From the NCBI RefSeq assembly GCF_018977255.1, contig NW_024704743.1, forward strand, positions 16,060,001 to 16,124,000: a DNA stretch of 64,000 nt. Reading direction: 5' to 3'. The position numbers were made by a program, and so were the translations under genes. Below, piece by piece: positions 12,201 to 35,197 of the stretch (positions are counted from its first letter, which is position 1; each line of letters opens with the position of its first letter). The notes below the pieces were generated by a model that had not been told where the DNA came from, did not search any database, and was given only the letters and a program-made list of their open reading frames with translations. Source of the stretch: Callorhinchus milii (Eukaryota).

Positions 12201-13935
12201 TGCAGTTCTTTAGAAAGAATTTACAGGGCAATAATTGTCCCAGGGTCCTTTTTTGGGGGTGTGGGGAGAAAGGAGAATTTGCAAAACATAATTTTCCACT
12301 CGCACATTATCATCAAACAATTTATCCTGGAAATGCATATATGTGTGGATATCTCACTAGGCTCCGCTGAAATGCTCCCCTCTTGTCAATAGTTTACCAA
12401 CACCTGATGCCAAAGTTTGCAAATGAATAATGGACTCACTGGGGAGCCTTAGGAAACAGTGATCAAGTACAAACAAGTGAAATGCCTCAAGTAAGTGAGA
12501 GGGGAAAGTGTGGAAGTGGATAAATCAGAGGGGGGGGTGTGGGGGGAGAAGAGATAAGAGTACAGCAATGTGGAGAGGTAAAACAGTACAGCAGTCCGGG
12601 GAGACGGACAAAAAAAAAGCTGTGTGGAGAAAACTAGAATGGGATGCGAGGAAGTAATTATTATTACTATTATATTTAATAACGTTTATTAATATTAAGT
12701 GTAACAGTCAAATACAGGCAATTTACAGTGGCATCAACACCCCCCCACCCACACACACACACATTTTGCTTTCATATTATTGATAAGACAGAGCTCCCCG
12801 TCTCACTGTACCTGTGCTCCGGGCTGCGACTGTAAGGGCTGGAGGAGCGGCGTCTGCTGTAACGGTTGGGGGACAGCGCCCCGTACTCATAGGGGCTGTG
12901 GTGACGGCCGAAGCTGGGGGAGCGGCGGCGGGAATAGGGGCTGGGGGAGCGGTGGCGGCGGCTGCTGCAGCTGGAGTAGGGGCTGGGCGAGCGGCCTGTG
13001 TAGCCGGGGTGCACGCTGGACTCCCGGGAGCCGTAGAAGGGCTTGAAGGCGAAGAGCGGCGGCGGCGGACTGCGGCCGTACACGTCGAAAGCGCCGGGCC
13101 GGGGACTGGAGCTGTGACCATGGCCCGGGCCGTAGGCCTGCGGGTAGCAGGAGAGGCCGCCTCCGTATGGGCTGCCGTCTCTGTACAGCGGACTCGGCGA
13201 CTTCTTCCTGGTGGCGGCCGGGGGAGAGCTGCAGGTGCGGTAGGCCCGTGGGGCCTCGCGCTCGCGGTAAGCCTTGGGCGGCTCTTTGTAAGCGGCGGGC
13301 GGCTCCTTCTCGGCCTTGACGCCCGCGCTGCCGCTTTCCCCGCGCTCCTTGCGGTGTGCGCTCCTGCCGGCCTTGGCCTCCTTGTCGGCTCCGGACGCTT
13401 CTCGCTGACCGTTGCTGCTGCCGCTCGGCTCCTCGGCGCTGCCCCGGCTCCTGGCCTTGTTTTTACTCCGGTTCTTGGCCTTGCTGTCGGCGCGGGGCCT
13501 CGAGCTCTCCCCCGCCCGCTCCCGCCTCCGCCGCTCTTTATCCCGGGCTCGGCTCTGCTCTTTGCCCGCACGGGATGAGAAGCCGCCGCCGGGGGACGCG
13601 GGGCTCCGCGAGAATGTCTCCGACTGCGAGCTCACGTCGTCGTATTCGACCAGGGCCCGGGCCGGGTTGCGGCCCAGATTCGACGCCGAGGCTTGGCCGC
13701 TTTTCCCGTCGCAGCGCCGCTGGGGTCGGCTCTCGGCCGAGTGCTTCCCCCGGCGTTTCCTGTGTTTGGAAGCCGAGCGGTCCTTGTCCCGGGCCTGCGA
13801 GGGCCCCGGGGGGACGCCAAAGCCGCCGCTGTCACCTCCACCGCCGGCAGAGCCGGGTGTCCTGTCGCTCCGGTGCTGCCTCTTGCCGCTGGGGCTGCGA
13901 CCCCGGCTGCCGCTGAGCGTGTCCGAGCTCGGCAT
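64..13935 (-). CDS. CDK13: Cyclin-dependent kinase 13, 5' part (coding exons 13935-12812, 11740-11123, 3475-3305, 203-64); gene continues beyond the left edge
   Basis: Spliced translation gives MPSSDT..., [28 protein letters not shown], an RS domain, [34 protein letters not shown], then ICGPR...[29 protein letters not shown]. The [16 protein letters not shown] and SSLAAELNK motifs and the RALA neighbour favour CDK13 over CDK12. All introns are GT-AG and phase-compatible. Confidence 0.95.
979..1472. repeat. Unclassified dispersed repeat; second copy at 32227-32783, inverted partial copy near 15010-15130
   Basis: Collinear similarity, e.g. GGCTCAGGAACC(A/G)GACTAC...CATTCCATTGCCAGGCATGTCA in both. 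Confidence 0.85.
2462..2773 (-). mobile_element. tRNA-derived SINE, short form, full length
   Basis: tRNA-like head GGAGTCCTGTAACTCAGTGG with box B; tail TATCAAATGCAAG(TAT)n. Confidence 0.9.
3305..3475 (-). CDS. CDK13: CDK13 coding exon 3 (171 nt)
   Basis: TACAG|C ... [34 protein letters not shown]...KKRPK. Confidence 0.95.
3760..4200 (+). mobile_element. Old CR1 LINE 3' fragment (others near 10320-10470 and 47780-48010)
   Basis: Degenerate CR1 ORF2 C-terminal sequence. Confidence 0.65.
7258..7581 (-). mobile_element. tRNA-derived SINE, short form, with L2-identical tail loop
   Basis: Head GGAGTCCTGTAGCTCAGTGG; tail GGGACGTCCTCCCGACGTGAAAAGCGC...(ATT)n. Confidence 0.92.
8611..9260 (-). mobile_element. 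L2 LINE 3' fragment
   Basis: [28 protein letters not shown]; (GTT)n tail. Confidence 0.88.
9335..9570. repeat. (GA)n microsatellite and GA/GT-rich low-complexity tract
   Basis: Read directly. Confidence 0.9.
9585..9945 (-). mobile_element. L2 LINE 3' end
   Basis: [40 protein letters not shown] tail. Confidence 0.88.
11123..11740 (-). CDS. CDK13: CDK13 coding exon 2 (618 nt)
   Basis: TTTTAG|G AGG CTG AAA TCA ... [21 protein letters not shown]...[10 protein letters not shown]. Confidence 0.95.
12812..13935 (-). CDS. CDK13: CDK13 coding exon 1 (1124 nt, RS-rich N-terminus)
   Basis: ATG at 13935; donor CACAG|GTACAG is phase 2, matching the exon 2 acceptor. Confidence 0.9.
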
Positions 13936-14325
13936 TGACCTCCGCCGCGGCGTCGCCTCAGTCCATCCGCTCGGGTCCGCCGGGCATCCCGGGGCGGGGA
14001 GAGGCCTCTGGGGGAGAAAGGAGCGGCGCCGGGAGCTCGTCTGCTCGGGAGGTCCCCCCGCTCTGCGGTCCTGGTGTCAAGAGTGTCCGTGTCCTCGGTG
14101 TCTGTCTTCTCGGGGTCACTGGGCAGCACTGCTCATGGCTGCGGAGCCGCCGTGGCCTCTCCTGCTCGCCTTGGCCCGGGGATGAGCTGTGAGTTCTCTC
14201 TCTCAGCACCGGCACATCCTGCGTCATAAGCCGGAGTTGAGTGAAATAAAGTGCCGGGGCCTGCGCCGGCTCTGTCTGTCTGTCCGTCTCTCTCTCTCTG
14301 GGGGCCGGGCTCCGTCCCCTCTGCC

Positions 14326-14347
14326 TCTCTCTCTCTCTCTCTCTCTC
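14326..14347. repeat. (CT)n microsatellite in the CDK13 5' region
   Basis: Read directly. Confidence 0.9.
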
Positions 14348-14628
14348 GCTCGCTCTTCCTCTCAAAATGGCCGCCGCTTCTCCAGCCGGAACCCGCCGCC
14401 ACCGCGTGTCACGGGTCAAAGGTTCGCTTCCTGGTCTCCCGTCTCCTAGTAACCAGCCCGGCTCCCCCTCCCCCTCCCTGTTCTCCGAAGAAAGCACCGG
14501 TGTCGGTGTCATCTCCTCACGTCCCATCCCTGTTCTCCCCGTGGGCGAGCTGAACTGCCTCCAAGGTGCCACGTTTGGCAATGGGGTATCGGAATCGGGC
14601 CCACCCTCTGTGGCGGTCGGTCTCGGTA

Positions 14629-14965
14629 ACAATAATAGTCCTCGCGTTTTGATGGAGCGCCTTATTACGTCATCGAGATGTCACAAAGCGCCTCACGGCA
14701 TACACTGTAAAGTGAATTGACTGTATTTTGTGGGCAAATGTGGCAGCCAGTTTGTGCGCAGCAATGTCCCACAAACGGCCACTGATTGTATTTTAGGGGA
14801 TTGTTGGTCAGGACACCGGGAGAAACCCCCTTTCACTTTTCGAGTAATGCCATGGGATCTTAAACGTGAACAAGCAGACGAAACACTGTTTAAAGTCTCA
14901 TCCAAAGGATGGCACCTCCAACAATGCAATTTTTCGCCCAGCACTGTATTGAAGACTGCACTCCA
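14629..14965 (-). mobile_element. Deu-domain SINE (SacSINE1/AmnSINE1-like)
   Basis: Minus strand GGAGGTGCCATCCTTTGGATGAGAC...AAGATCCCATGGCATT...CCCGGTGTCCTGACCAA resembles the DeuSINE central domain as recalled. Confidence 0.75.
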
Positions 14966-15469
14966 TTCTGACTGTGTATTGGAGCTTGTTACTGGCTACT
15001 TACATACTCCTCTGTGCCAGGTGGGTCCGCAGTACTCCAGGGCATTGCTCGTGACAGCACAGCCAGGCTGACTCATCAGCAGGACATGAAGGGCAGACCA
15101 CTGGGGACATGGAATTTCTCCCACTCAGCTCCCATTAAAGGCCCCTGATGTGATAGGTCCTGTATAAATCCAATTTGTTGTTGTTAACCCTGCAAGTCAA
15201 AGCACTCCCTTCTTTTCGAATATTGCAGTGGGATCTTTAATATCTATCCAAATAGGTTGACGAAATCTAGGTTTACAGGACAGAGGACTAATTTTTTTTT
15301 AAAAAAAACAGCTTGATGCTGTGATGGGGGACTATTCGGTGGGTATTCTGGAAGAATGAGATCAAATGGACCAATTGGCTTTCTTCAACCAAATCAATCA
15401 TGTGAATATTTTTATCCAAAGGATGGCACCTCTGACATTTGAGCCCCCTCTAGCACTCCATTGTAGTGT

Positions 15470-15819
15470 TAATAATAATAATCTTTGCATTTGATATAGA
15501 GCCTTCTCACATCTTTGAGACGCCTCAAAGCGCTTCACAGAATAAACTAAAGTGACTTGACTATATTTTTGTGGGCTAAATGCTGCAGCCAATTGCGCAC
15601 AGCAGCATCCCACAAACAGTCGTGAATCAAGTGACCAAATTATTTATTTTGAAGGAATTATTCTCACAAAAACACAATCCGCCAATCGACTCTACCTACT
15701 GCTAGATAAACAGAGGCGTGTGGATTAAGGAAACTTGCCCAACGTTTCGCCCTGCCGGGAATTGAACCCAGGTCCTCTCACTTGTGAGGCGAGTGCTCCA
15801 ACCACTAAGCTACAAGACT
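15470..15819 (-). mobile_element. tRNA-derived SINE, long form
   Basis: Same head and tail plus a central ACGCCTCTGTTTA block. Confidence 0.88.
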
Positions 15820-18059
15820 TATTGCAGATGACAGCTGAAGAAATCTATCTGGATATGCTAATCTTTGCAAACTTGTTGAGCTCATGTATATTTTTCTCCA
15901 GAAATTGACAATAATACTTGGTGTATACACACATCTGATCCGATTCTATGACCATCGGTTCACACTATCATAAAGCTACTGGAGAATGTGATCTTAAAGT
16001 CTCAAAATGGGAGTTGAATACATAACTTACCATGGAATAAGAGGTTTGTTGGAATTGAGTTGGCTCCAAGGTTACATGTTTGCCAACAGAATATTGGTAT
16101 CAACTTAATCCTATATGGCATTACCCCAACGAATACTTTTGGGGCTCCAAGTCTTGCTCTGCCAACTTACACTTAATACTCTTTGAAATTCCATAAGCAG
16201 GATATGTCTCTCTGGGGAGAGAATGCACATTCTATTCCAGACACTGGGAAATTTCGATGTGTAGGTGAAATACAAATGTGGAACTTTTAGTCTGGTTTGG
16301 ATATTCTTAAGCATGGTAATGAGTTTCTGCATGTATCAGACCAAACATCAAATCATCACTGTCTGTACAGGAGTGTGTTATTGGCTTCTTATTTTATTTC
16401 TGTTCATATTTGTTTGTTGAAAGTTTCTCACTTCCTCATTGTGTATAGGAGTGGGTTACCAGTCTTTCAATTCCTCTATATGTTCATCAGAGTTTGTTAT
16501 TCAGTTGCTCTCTGTGTGTGGTGCTTTTTACTGGCTCCTCACATACTTCTATCTGTATAAGAGTTTATTTTCAGCTTCCTCAATACTTAACTGATGTTGG
16601 GTATAAAGAACATTACTCATAATTATTCCTAACCCTTGCATTTCATCCCAGGCACATTTGTTTTTCCAGCACACAAATTTGCTGTATTTTCATGTACCTA
16701 AAATAAAGGTTTGACTTAATTACTGGAGCTTATTCTAAAATAACAAGTGAATAAACGCTTGTAAATATTTAACTTTGAAACACTATTATGCAGACACAAA
16801 GTATCAACCAGTAGAAACTGTCAAATATTCAATGACAATGGGAAATGGGCAAAACTGAAGAATTACGGAGCAATCCAAAAAATATGCAGCAGTCCACAAA
16901 CTAAGCATGTGCAGTATTTTTACCTTTGTGTGTTCAACGTTCTGAAAGAGTTCCATTTCTGGGTATGTTCCAGTATATAGATTAAAATTGCTTCAGTCCC
17001 TTACCAGTTAACATGATTTCGAATCCTGAAAATGCAAAGCTTCATTTATTACTAGAAGTGAAAACGATTCACTGTTACATGGAGATACTTTAATGTTTGA
17101 GTGACTTATATTGAAACGATTTTTGGTCAGCTGGGTGATAGATGCGGAAACTCATCATCATTATAGGATAACATTGCAAGGTTAACAGGAGTCCAGTGTT
17201 CCCAGTCTGCTCTTCCAACTCCTGCTAATGAGCCAGGCTGGATGCTCTGTACTTTGAAGCCAATTCATCTTCACCCCCCCACCCCGATTAGTTGTTGTGT
17301 GTTACCTCTGAATACACAGTCACTTTACACTTATAGATACTTTCTAAAAAACACTCTGAAGCACTTTTGAGACATTGCAATGCAAGGGTTAGGAATAATA
17401 AGCAAGGTTTTTTAGCCCCAATCTCAGGAGAGCATGTCATACTACAGTTTGATTTTTCTCAACATGCTCTACGGTGTTTGATGGGTCTCTTATTATTGCA
17501 TATTATAAAACAGAAAACAAAAGCAATAAAAAGCAAAGGAAAACATGACAACCATTTCCAGAGGGGTTTGCTGACTGGGGCTTTAAGCAAATGATAGAGA
17601 TTTATGGAGGAAAACTAAGTTCACCAACAGTGGGCGAGTCTACACTTTTCTGAAACTAAAACAAAATTGGAACTTTATAATCCACTTAGGAAGTTTTAAA
17701 GTACATAGAAGAACAGGACATTTTCTGAAGAGCAAGCAACTTGTGAAAGAAAGAATAGTACTAAAAATCTGAGTAACTTAAAGGCAAAGGTGGCACTTTG
17801 ACTCCAGTGATAAGGGAGCATGAAGGGGCTAGAGTGAAGAGAGCGGCTACAGTGAACAGAAGCCAACAAAGGAGGAAAGAGGTGAAGGAGAAGGTGTGGA
17901 AGAGACTTGAGGATGTACATGAACCTTTGAGAACTGTTTTTAACATAGACGTAACTATTTAACAGGTCAATTTGCACAACCATTGATGGGTTTTAGAGGT
18001 TGTGAATGGGAAGTGTGTGGGTAATTGCTCTCTCCTTAATCTTCTTAATTCTTTACCTG

Positions 18060-18387
18060 GTAAGTGGGTTTGATTCCCCGATGGAGAGAAACTGTAGGCA
18101 AGGTTTCCTACTCCACGTCTTTCCCTAGCAGTCAGTAGGAACGCGGTTGTTAGTCGATTAGCGGATTGCTTTCTGGTGGTAATAATCCCTTAAAAAAAAT
18201 TTGATCACTCAATCCACGACTGTTTGTGGGACACTGCTGTGCACAATTGGCTGCCGTATTTCACCCACAAAATTCTGAATAAATTACAGTCTACAGTCAA
18301 TTCACTTTACAGTATATTATGTGAAGCGCTTTGAGACATCTTGAAGATGTGATAATGTACTATATCAAATGCAAGGATTATTATTAT
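18060..18387 (+). mobile_element. tRNA-derived SINE, long form, degraded head
   Basis: Body and CAAATGCAAGGATTATTATT tail match the family. Confidence 0.85.
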
Positions 18388-21300
18388 CTGGCATCATATT
18401 TTTATTGACAAAATTAAAAACTAGAGATTTCTTGCATTTTTTTGGGGTATCGGTCCGAAAAACATAGACAACCAAGGGGGGAAATATGACCCCCCCAAAA
18501 CAGTGACAATTAAGCGGCTGCTATTTCTTTCAAACCTAATATGAAGGTCAAGTTTGCAGTGCTTCTGAACAGGATTTCTTGATTAGGAAATCCATATGTC
18601 CTTGACACAGACCTTCAGATGATGCTCCAATGCATTCTTTTATCAGAATAAGGCTCTATATAAATACAGTGATCACCCTTTACATTATATCCTGTGAAGG
18701 ACTTTGAGACCCCCCCTCCCCCAACTTGAAAGCTGCTATACCAAATTTAAGTGGCAAACAATCCTCCAGATCAATTGATCATTCGCATCTTGGCTGTTTA
18801 TGAGATTTAGTTAATGCAAATGGCTGCCATGTTTGTCTAAAACTACTTACACTTGATATTAATTACTTTACAGTGTTTTTAAATGTTTTAACATTTATAA
18901 AACCGGAAGTTTGTTTGGTAGGCGGGGAAATGAGACAGGGTTCCAGGTTGACTGTTATTCAGAGCCTCTGCTGGATATGTCGTTGACACCTTGTGACGGA
19001 TGATAGGACTGAGTTGGATTGTGACGTCTCTGCCAAACACACAAGAATAATGATGGGTTAGGTACTAGAGGGCAATTGTGCAAATAAGCTGTTTTTAAAG
19101 TTGAGATTTCAATGAGTGTTTTTTTTAATAAAGGGCCATCTTTCAGTGAATAAGTTAAATCTACAATATCAATGCTGTAAAAAAAATGTTTATTTCTTAA
19201 TGGTTCAGCATACAATTAAAACTCTGGGTATGGGCATCAGCTTTCAATACAATAGTGTCCAAGCTTCATAACACCAATACCCAAGCTTTGTCTACAGGAA
19301 GTCAAAATGTTAGTGGTTAGAATCCCTGGTTATTTCATTTTCTTACAATTTCACACACTCCTACAAAGCACACATCTATGCACTGCTCACGCAGTGTAAA
19401 AACAGTATACACGCAGGTTATGTCCAAACAAGGTTTATACATTTTGAAACATTTCACTATACTGTATTGCCCTTCAATAGAGCAATAACCTCTACTGCCA
19501 AATACACGCATTGCATTTTAAAACACATGACAAAAAGGCAAACAATGTACCTAAATTAAAGACAAGGTATTCTATGAACTATACATTCTCATAGGTAGAA
19601 ATATTTGAGTTCTCAGCACTTCAGATTTAGTGATATCTTCCTGAAGTTTAGATCACCTTCCCTGTTCGACTGCTTTTCAGCTGAAGATTGGTTATAGAAA
19701 TCTTGCATTAACTGCAAGGTTTACTGTCAGTCATTAAAAGATAACAGTGGACAAAAGTCAAACCCATTTACAGAAATTCAATCTTCAGCCATCCACAGCT
19801 TTTCTTTTAAGTCTGCAAGGCTGAGGAATGCACTCTTGGTGATAATGCATCTTTTCCAACAAGTAAATATAATGTATAATTGCCAATTTAAAACATGACA
19901 TATAATTCAACAATGTGAAAATATTAGCCCCATAATCAATTTAACAGAATTGTGTTCTGGACAATCAAGTCTAAGAGTATGGCACATTTTACAAGATTGA
20001 TGAGTTTATTTTTGTTGCAGTTATCTGCTGCACAATTCACACGCCACACTTCTGATGGATGCAACCTGCAAAGATTTTAAATTAAGGCATAGTCAGATAA
20101 GTTTCTATTTACAAGTTTTACACTGCTCTTCTACATTACAGCCAGCTTGATTATACGCACTTGAATCTGCTATTGCGCTTAGTGATGCATTTGAAAAGCC
20201 AATATCAGTCTTGCAAAATGTTGATTACAATTGGTTCCATGTGACACAGGTACAGTGAAATCTACATACATGCAATTCTGGTAGGTTATCAATAACAGAA
20301 ACTGTCTAATTCAGTACTAGTTTGTTCCCATCATGGCACAAGTATACATTCCTGTTGTACATAAGTAATTTATGTTTTTTTAACATTGGATAGAACAGAA
20401 CCAAACTGCTTTAAAACAAAATGCATCTCATTTTCCAGTATGTATACTATCTCTCCTTTTACACTACAGCTCTCACTGCATGACAAATAATGCTTGGTGC
20501 GGCCACACTTTTTATAATTATAAATCCCAAGGGTCCCAATATTTTGTTCCTTGAATCTAGCAATGGCAGTAGAGAGATCAGGGAGTGGAAAAGGCCCAGC
20601 TCAAGGCAAGTGGCTACTTTCATTACAATCTAACTGTGATGGTAGGAGTGACAGTATTGGCAAGTCTGTAATGTGAAAAGCAGCATAAAAGACAGCCCTT
20701 ACATGAGTAACCTTGTCAAACTTGGACATGATCAAATCCCAATTGGGAATAAGGAAGAATGCAAAACCCTTTCCATTAATATACAATAAGCAAATCTAGT
20801 TGGGTTTAAATTGATGCTAATAATTTAAGTCCAGGTCAGTGCAACATTAATTTACCCATCTTCCAATACCAAAATAGATTCATTTAATCTAAAGGGCTTC
20901 ATAGGTGGAGGTTTGAGAACATCAGCAGAACAAAATATTGGCTAATGTTTTGGTAATCTTAAAAAGAAAATGGAAACTGACCTTACATTTATTTGTGGCC
21001 AATTAATAAAAGTGCCTGAATATTGTGCTGCTCCTCAATAACTTACATATTTGAAAATGTCCCATCTAGAGTATCACAAAAGGCAATTTAAAAACAAGCA
21101 TTACCCGTGCAATCTTCCCCCATTCCTTTCTATGGCACCAGCATGAGATTTTTTTTATTTTAAAGGAAAGGTTGAATGTACTCCACAATTCAAATCAGAA
21201 CTATTTTTTCCTTCAATCTGCTCCCTTACGAGTCCCGTAGTTCCAAATGGCCTCACTATATGCTTCAACCCATTCATAGAAGGGGAAAACAAGACATGCA

Positions 21301-22026
21301 ATGACCTTAACATTCCTAGTGTGGTATCCTGTCAATAAAACATACATTTTAAAAACCACTGTACTGTTTCACAGCTTGCTTGCCTTGAAGTAAAGAGCTT
21401 TGTAATCACCACCACTGTGAATTCCTGATGCAGTTTAAGTTAATATTAAGTGTTTAATTCCTCCTCGACAAACTCTTTGCTAATTGAACTAGTAACATTT
21501 ACTTGCAAAATGGCATTTTTTGGAGTAATGGAATTTTAACAAAACATAGGTCAGTCAAGACCAAATTCCATTTAAGACCAACTTTTTTTTCCCAATAAAA
21601 GCTCTTAAGATGCATCAATTGTATGAAAAAAAATCAACTGTGCTGAATGTATAAATGCAGATAGTTCTGACCAAAAATGTTTTAACAAAGTGCTGCCTTG
21701 TGTGTAAAATGTTTTCGCTTCCAATTTAATCGATGACAGAACTGATTATTTTCACACAAGGCCAATCCATATGAAAGTTGTCATTGTTACTTTGTAAAAT
21801 GTGAATTTGAAGCCCACAGATTGCACTTATTGACAAGCATCACAGGTAACAGTGCTTCATATTGACATTATTTATTTCCATATCAATCATGACCTAAAGT
21901 TAGTTCAATTCATGCTTCTGAAACCTGAATGCAATGGACGTGCTAATGTACCTTCAGTCACTTTGATGGAACAGTGGATGAAAAGCAATACTTAGTACAA
22001 TTGGACAAGTGGTTTAATCCTTCAGT

Positions 22027-33271
<11,245 letters not shown>

Positions 33272-34204
33272 TCACCAGAATGTTGATCTTGACTGCCAGT
33301 AATCTAGTCCTAAAATAAAGGACAATTTACAACCTTGTATATATTCTGATTTACATTCTAATTTTATACAACACTGTTAACATCCGATATAGTTATCAAA
33401 GCAATTTTATTAAAATTCTTGAATTTAATATAGCACCTTTTACATTGAGAGGACATCCTAAAATGATTTTCAGGAAATATTGTAGTGCAGTGACTGTACT
33501 TTAGAGGTGAATATAGCAGCCAATTTGCACTCAACAAAGTCCCACAAACAGCCATGAAAAGAATGACCGTGTTTACTGGAGGATTGTTGGCCAGGACACT
33601 GGGAGAAACGTTTTCCCACTTTTTTTTTTGAATAGTACCATGAGAACATTAACTTCTACCTGGCAGGCTGGACCTCAGTGTAACATTTCACCAAAGGATG
33701 CCATCTCCAACAATGCAGTGCACCTTGAACACTTCATTGGAGTTAGCCTAGAAGAGTTCAAAGTACTGACATGGTATTTGGACCTATAATCTTCTGATTC
33801 AAGAGGCAAGTATGCAGCAAATCAAGCCGGGCTGAAACTTACACACAAAGTAGAATGACCAATTGAGAAATGATAGAGAAAGAATGAGGAAGGGGCAAGA
33901 GGGGAAGAAAAATCAGACCTCATGACCTCAAGCAACTCTCCTATCCTAGCAGCAAATTTCAAACGATATTTTACCTTTAGTCAGAATTGGGAACCTGGAT
34001 TTTCACAGCATATTCTTCAAAATTGTCTGTTCCAGGCATCCGATGGTGTAATGGATAGTGCTGCAGTTTACAGACCAGGAACTCACTAGTTTGAATGCCA
34101 GTCTATGCTGAGTTTGCTAGTTACAGCCAGGAGGTTAGATTGGCCCCAGCCTTCCCAAGGTTAGAGATGTGGAAACCAGACAGTGTTCTTGCTTCTCGGG
34201 TACT

Positions 34205-34640
34205 TTAGAATACATTAGAATATGCAGCACAGAAACAGGACATTCGACCCAACTGGTCTATACCGTGTTTATGCTCCACATGAGCCTCCTCCTGCTCTTC
34301 CTCAACTAAGCCTTCAAGCATAACCTTCTATTCCTTTCTCCCTCATGTACCTATCTAGCTTTCCTCTAAATACATCTAATGCTATTTGCCTCAACAACTC
34401 CTTGTGGTAGCTGTTCCACATTCCCACTACTCTCTGTGTAAAGAAATTTCTTCTAACTTCCCTATTTGATCTATTTGTGACTATTTTATATTGATGGCCC
34501 CTGGTTTTGGTCTCCCCCACAAGTGGAAACGTCTTACCTATGTCTACCCTATCAAAACCTGTCATAATTTTCAGGCCACCACTTACCCTCCTCTTTTCAA
34601 GAGAAGAGTCCAAGCGTTTCAGCCTTTCCTGATAGATATA
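34205..34640 (-). mobile_element. CR1 LINE 3' end
   Basis: TRGHQYKI...RRNFFTQRVVGMWNS...FRGKLDRYM is typical of the CR1 ORF2 C-terminus. Confidence 0.88.
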
Positions 34641-34854
34641 GATGGATCCCCTTCAGCACCCTCTGCTTGTGGTGTACATGAGGAAGCTGGGTGGGAGAGA
34701 TCAGGCTCAGTGGTAATGAGTGGTCAGGGTAGCCAGTGCCATGGAACTGAGCCCCAACAACAGGAGGCTGGGCCCCAAGAGCAGAGAGACAATTCGAAAC
34801 ATATTTGGACACCATTTTTTTTAAAAAAGCACTTCTTCCAATGGCTCATCTCAT

Positions 34855-35197
34855 ATTATAATAATACTTGTATTTGATCTAGCGACTTATCACATTGTTG
34901 AGAAGTCTCAAAGCACTTCACAGAATATATTGTAAAGTGAAATGACTGTATTTTGTGGGTGAAACGCAGCAGTGTCCCACAAACATTCGTAGATTAATTT
35001 TTTATTTAATTTTAAGGGATTATTATCCCCAGAAAGCAATGTACCAATCAACTAACAACTGAATTCCTACTTACTGTTAGGTAAACAGAGGTGCTCGGAA
35101 TAACGAAATTTGCCTAAGATTTTGTCCCACCCGGGGATCAAACCTGGGCCCTCTCACTTGCGAGGCAAGCATGCTAACCACTCTGCTAAGGGACTCC
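34855..35197 (-). mobile_element. tRNA-derived SINE, long form, diverged
   Basis: Head GGAGTCCCTTAGCAGAGTGG, body and tail. Confidence 0.85.

Larger units (their letters stand above)
12800..14630. promoter_or_regulatory. CpG island over CDK13 exon 1, 5' leader and promoter; YY1-type motif AAAATGGCCGCC at 14364-14375
   Basis: Sharp rise in GC and CpG content relative to the AT-rich flanks; motif read directly from the sequence. Confidence 0.85.

Noticed and set aside
64..13935. Calling the kinase CDK12 because a MED1-like gene is nearby
   Set aside because: Diagnostic motifs (MPSSDT, [20 protein letters not shown]) and RALA adjacency fit CDK13.
12777..14720. Many long overlapping ORFs on both strands (e.g. 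12814-13578 +, 13412-14185 +)
   Set aside because: Shadow frames of GC-rich CDK13 exon 1 and its CpG island; no recognisable protein motifs.
17694..17965. Purine-rich coding-looking stretch (TPVIREHEGARVKR...)
   Set aside because: Stops nearby, no recognisable family, and no convincing splice partners.
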